A stretch of DNA of 20,839 nucleotides from an uncultured archaeon (GTDB taxonomy: Archaea > Asgardarchaeota > Lokiarchaeia > Sigyniarchaeales > SOKP01), in the NCBI GenBank assembly GCA_964388035.1, contig CAYLZE010000055.1, forward strand, positions 11,070 to 31,908, in the 5' to 3' direction. A model generated the notes under the pieces. It saw only the letters and a program-made list of their open reading frames with translations. It had not been told where the DNA came from and ran no database searches. Numbering within the stretch: the first letter of the stretch is position 1; the number at the start of each line of letters is the position of its first letter. Below are positions 17,106-20,839 of the stretch, piece by piece. Made by a program: the position numbers and the translations under genes.

Positions 17106-18119
17106 CTAAGGTTCCACCAAGATTTTGATATCCTTTGTTTCGGGATTAATTGCACATTCAAATCCTTCTTCGACAATGTCTTGCAGGGGGATTATTTTTG
17201 TCACGATTGGATCGGGATTAATCAACTTTTTAGCTACTAATTCCACGGCGAATTCAAAATCTTCCTTGAGATAACCATATACCCCTTGAATTCGATTTTG
17301 GTTCATGACATATTTTAAAAGGTTAATTTCCACGGGTTTATCCCATAATCCTACTTGAACGATTGTTCCTCCCTTGCGGACCACATCAAGAGCAGCATTC
17401 ACCAAGGTGGGGACTCCTGAACACTCGAAAACATAATCTACTCCCGAAACTCCTCGTTTATTAGAGCGCTTTATTTTAGTTAAAGTTAATTTATCTAAAG
17501 TCAAATCGGGTTCAAATTTTTTGGCAACTTCCAGTCGATGTGGATTTCTTTCTAATACCGCAATAGTTCTGGCACCAGCTATTTTCAATACTTGGAGCAT
17601 GAATAAGCCCATCGTTCCCATTCCTAAAACTGCCGTGGAAGCTCCTGCAACAAAATTTATTTCTCTCAAAGATAATAAGGGAGTACCAATTTGGTCAAAC
17701 ACCGTTCCATATTTATCTGGGATTGAATCCGGTAAAGCTACTAGATGATGATCAGAAACTAACACGTATTCAGCAAATCCTCCATTTTCTCCAATTCCAA
17801 TGGCATCCTCGTACATGCAAATATTGGAGAGACCCTGTTTGCAATACCAGCATTTCTCACAATGAATGGAAGGAAAGATCGTAACTCGATCCCCTTTTTT
17901 CCACTTTTTTACCCCCGGACCTAATTCTTCGATATACCCCATGATTTCATGCCCTAACACCACGTGAGCCGGATATAAACCCGTCTTATACGCTTCAAGG
18001 TCAGATCCACAGATACCCGCATATTTTACCTTGACCAACACTTCTCCTTCTTTAGGAGCGGGCTTGGGTAATTCTACAAGGTCAATGGTCTTTTTTCCCT
18101 TATATTGGGCACCTAGCAT
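17106..18119 (-). CDS. Zn-dependent medium-chain dehydrogenase (polyol/butanediol/threonine dehydrogenase-like)
   Basis: GICGSD, LGHE, structural-Zn CEKCWYC...C and GMGTMG motifs. Confidence 0.92.
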   Translation of the reverse strand: MLGAQYKGKKTIDLVELPKPAPKEGEVLVKVKYAGICGSDLEAYKTGLYPAHVVLGHEIMGYIEELGPGVKKWKKGDRVTIFPSIHCEKCWYCKQGLSNICMYEDAIGIGENGGFAEYVLVSDHHLVALPDSIPDKYGTVFDQIGTPLLSLREINFVAGASTAVLGMGTMGLFMLQVLKIAGARTIAVLERNPHRLEVAKKFEPDLTLDKLTLTKIKRSNKRGVSGVDYVFECSGVPTLVNAALDVVRKGGTIVQVGLWDKPVEINLLKYVMNQNRIQGVYGYLKEDFEFAVELVAKKLINPDPIVTKIIPLQDIVEEGFECAINPETKDIKILVEP

Positions 18120-18130
18120 GATCTATCCCC

Positions 18131-19930
18131 TTAAATTTTTTTAGAAAGCTCTAATACGACTTCTTCCGCTTTCTTTCTTATCTCTCTTTCATATGCTGAG
18201 GGTTTATAGGCTCCCGCTGCCAAATAATCCATGACCGTATTCACTTTTGGATTTACTCTCGCGTCTATGACGGCAGGGATTCCTGAATCGAAAGCGCGCT
18301 GGAGTGCGGGTTTAATTTCATTGGGATCGGTCACTAACTCTCCATAGCAGTTAAAAGCTTCTGCATATTTATCATAGCGGGTATCATCACTCAGAGAAGA
18401 TGCCAAGCCAAATGCTTTTTTTCCATGTGCTAACTTCTGAACACGTGCAACCATTCCCCATAATCGATCATTGCTAATGACTGTAACAATAGGCAAGTCA
18501 TGCCTGCGTGCTGTATCAATTTCTTTGCCGTTAAACAAAAAGCTACCATCACCCGTCAGAACCAGTACTTTTTTGTCCGGATGAGCATATTTTGTTGCTA
18601 TTGCACAAGGAACTCCTCCTCCCAGATGCTGAATACCAAGACTCCCGGCGAAATATAAGGATTTGGGAAATTTAGCTTTTAAAAACAAGTAAGTTAATCC
18701 CCAAACGGTCGTATCCCCTCCATCTAAAATAATATAATCGTCATCCCCCATGAATTCTCCAATCTCCTTAACCAGCCTTTGCGGTTGGATTGGAATTTTA
18801 TCGGATGACCCCTCTTTATCTATGCGCTCTTTAAATTTACTTAATTGGTCATGAATTGCCTCTAACCATAAACTTCGATCCTTAATTGCTGAACTGCTAT
18901 TGAGAGCAAGTTCATTCAATTGAGTTAAAACGCCTTTAACGTCTCCGATAATAGGGACATCGATTGCTCTATTCCTGCCTATTTCTTCAGGCTTAATATC
19001 TACTTGAATAATTTTAGCTTCATCTTTAAGAAAAGGCATGTAACCAAAATTACAAAGTTCATTGATTCTCACTCCCAATAATAAAACAACATCAATTTTT
19101 TGGAGCAAGACCGTTCCTGGACCATCCATGGGACTGGCTAAGCCGAAATAGAGAGGATGATCGGGGGGAAAGGAACCTAATCCAAAACCCCATACTCCCA
19201 CGGGGATTTGTGTTTTTTCTGCGAATTTTAATAAAACATCATTTGCCTCCGAAAAACCTGCCCCAGTACCGGCAATTATCAAAGGACATTCTGCATTTTT
19301 CAGTAGTTCAAAAGCTTGATTAACCAATTCTTGGTTTCCATAGGGTCCTTTCATGGCGCGCAATTTTTCCACGGGTTGGAAAGCTTGCTGCACTATTTCT
19401 AATTGATCATCACATTCTTTAACCATCACATCTACAGGGACCAATAATAGAACGGGTCCAGGACGCCCCGTGCTAGCTATTCGAAAAGCCATGTTCACGT
19501 ATTCGGGTAATCGCGCGGTTTCATAACAGTACCCCGTCCATTTTGTAATGGGACGGAAGGCAGGAGCAACATCAATTTCATTCATGGCTAATTTCTCGAA
19601 ACTCATCACCGAAGTGGAAGTACAGATTGCAACCAATGGAATGCTGGCATCATGAGCTATGGGAATTGCAGGAAATAAATCGGTCACGCCCGGTCCCGAC
19701 TGAACAGAACATACACCGACCTTTCCCGTGGCAAGGTAATATCCCATGGCAGCGTGTCCCGTGGCTTGCTCATGACGGAAATCTATTAAATCAATTCCCG
19801 TTTCAGTACAAGCGTCATCAGTACAATAATTATAAATCAAGTCATTATCTCCACAGAGCGTCCAAATTACTTTTACTCCTTGATTACTTAAGGCCCGAAC
19901 GATAAGCTGGGCCCCATTCACTTTCACCAT
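18131..19930 (-). CDS. Thiamine-diphosphate enzyme, acetolactate synthase / 2-hydroxyacyl-CoA lyase-like
   Basis: RHEQ, SGPG, GRPGPV, DGGD and GDGSF...NDRLWG ThDP motifs. Confidence 0.9.
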   Translation of the reverse strand: MVKVNGAQLIVRALSNQGVKVIWTLCGDNDLIYNYCTDDACTETGIDLIDFRHEQATGHAAMGYYLATGKVGVCSVQSGPGVTDLFPAIPIAHDASIPLVAICTSTSVMSFEKLAMNEIDVAPAFRPITKWTGYCYETARLPEYVNMAFRIASTGRPGPVLLLVPVDVMVKECDDQLEIVQQAFQPVEKLRAMKGPYGNQELVNQAFELLKNAECPLIIAGTGAGFSEANDVLLKFAEKTQIPVGVWGFGLGSFPPDHPLYFGLASPMDGPGTVLLQKIDVVLLLGVRINELCNFGYMPFLKDEAKIIQVDIKPEEIGRNRAIDVPIIGDVKGVLTQLNELALNSSSAIKDRSLWLEAIHDQLSKFKERIDKEGSSDKIPIQPQRLVKEIGEFMGDDDYIILDGGDTTVWGLTYLFLKAKFPKSLYFAGSLGIQHLGGGVPCAIATKYAHPDKKVLVLTGDGSFLFNGKEIDTARRHDLPIVTVISNDRLWGMVARVQKLAHGKKAFGLASSLSDDTRYDKYAEAFNCYGELVTDPNEIKPALQRAFDSGIPAVIDARVNPKVNTVMDYLAAGAYKPSAYEREIRKKAEEVVLELSKKI

Positions 19931-19992
19931 TTTATTCTTACCATTTTATATTTTTTTAATAATTGCATTATTTTTCTCACGTTTTTAAAAAA

Positions 19993-20661
19993 CTAGATAC
20001 TTCCATTTTGTAAGCTACCGAGGATTTGATCTAATATTTCATCGATCATTTGTCTTGGATCTCGATTGATTCCATCGATCTCACTTAATTCAAGATCTTG
20101 AAGGATATTACTGTTATATAATGAAATTACGCCATGGAGTTCACACCATATTCTTAATGCTAAGATTTTGGAATCCTTTCCTTTTAGTTTTGGATTATTT
20201 TGTATAAATAGAGAAAGAAAATGATGGGCTAATGACCAATTTTTTATAGCTTCTCCCACTTGATTCTTAGCAAATTGCTCGGTTTCTGTTCCGCGGTAAT
20301 CTATTGATGAGGGGGTGAATCTATTAAACATCATGTCATATTGATGCGGGAATTTCAATCCAAATTCGATGTAAGCTTGAAACAATGCTCTTAATTTTTC
20401 TAAAATGTTTTTTTGCTTATCTACTGCTCCTAATAACATTTCATGCAATTTTCTATATCCTATTAAGTCCAAATGCAGGTATAGCTCTTCCTTGTTTCTA
20501 AAATAATTATAGAGATTAGCGGCAGTCATGTCTAATCGCTTGGCAAGCTTTCTCATGGGAAACTTATCGAATCCTTTTTGAATGATGATATTTAAAGCTT
20601 CTTCAAGGATGTGCTCTCTAGCATCGATAATTTCTTCCTCACTTCTCTTAGCTTTAGGCAT
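19993..20661 (-). CDS. TetR/AcrR-family regulator
   Basis: ILEEALNIIIQKGFDKFPMRKLAKRLDMTAANLYNYFRNKEEL HTH; WCELHG (WHG-type) C-terminal domain. Confidence 0.93.
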   Translation of the reverse strand: MPKAKRSEEEIIDAREHILEEALNIIIQKGFDKFPMRKLAKRLDMTAANLYNYFRNKEELYLHLDLIGYRKLHEMLLGAVDKQKNILEKLRALFQAYIEFGLKFPHQYDMMFNRFTPSSIDYRGTETEQFAKNQVGEAIKNWSLAHHFLSLFIQNNPKLKGKDSKILALRIWCELHGVISLYNSNILQDLELSEIDGINRDPRQMIDEILDQILGSLQNGSI

Positions 20662-20695
20662 GATTCTTGGAAATTGTGTTTTTTAAAAACTTACT

Positions 20696-20722
20696 TGAAC
20701 AATGTTAACTTAACATTGTTAA
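20696..20722. promoter_or_regulatory. Double palindromic operator, likely a TetR autoregulatory site
   Basis: Perfect 11-1-11 inverted repeat AACAATGTTAA-C-TTAACATTGTT (20698-20720). It equals two 13-bp palindromes, TGAACAATGTTAA (20696-20708) and TTAACATTGTTAA (20710-20722). Confidence 0.75.
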
Positions 20723-20742
20723 AATTATTTGAGATATCTTGT

Positions 20743-20760
20743 TATTTAAATATTTTCCTC
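20743..20760 (-). promoter_or_regulatory. Candidate BRE+TATA for the tetR operon
   Basis: Minus strand reads GAGGAAAA TATTTAAATA, placing the expected start site on the operator. Confidence 0.5.
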
Positions 20761-20839
20761 TTAGTGTCTAACTTCTCTGAATAAGCGAATCGAGTTAAGA
20801 ATAATTGAGATTAGATACAATCAACCCAAATGGGAGAAA

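Noticed and set aside
1-20839. CRISPR arrays, tRNA/rRNA genes, transposases or integrases
   Set aside because: No regularly spaced repeats, cloverleaf or recognisable recombinase ORF seen by eye.

Overview
An AT-rich archaeal window. The protein set (MglA/CvnD-like small GTPase with a winged-helix tail, CxxC/CxxH zinc-ribbon protein, HdrABC, GTP-dependent PEPCK, TATA-type promoters) looks Asgard/Lokiarchaeia-like, which is an inference and not a database result. Contents in order: a partial tandem zinc-ribbon gene missed by the ORF track; a minus-strand operon hdrA(tandem)-mvhD fusion, hdrC, hdrB, metV, metF, followed by lrp; an FGGY sugar kinase; a GPH/MFS sugar transporter; slyD; a small GTPase followed by a decayed copy of its own 3' end; PEPCK; a DinB-family gene; and a TetR, ThDP enzyme, Zn-dehydrogenase operon. 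Main finding: the MFS gene most likely starts at ATG 10409 and is interrupted by a 32-nt insert (10501-10532) that carries a stop and a frameshift. The insert boundaries form a canonical bulge-helix-bulge (BHB) motif, and cutting at the standard archaeal tRNA-endonuclease positions restores a 462-aa frame exactly. This is a candidate tRNA-type intron in an ordinary metabolic mRNA. Secondary findings are an HdrABC-MvhD-MetVF cluster and a TetR-like operator (TTAACAnTGTTAA) that recurs upstream of the distant sugar kinase.
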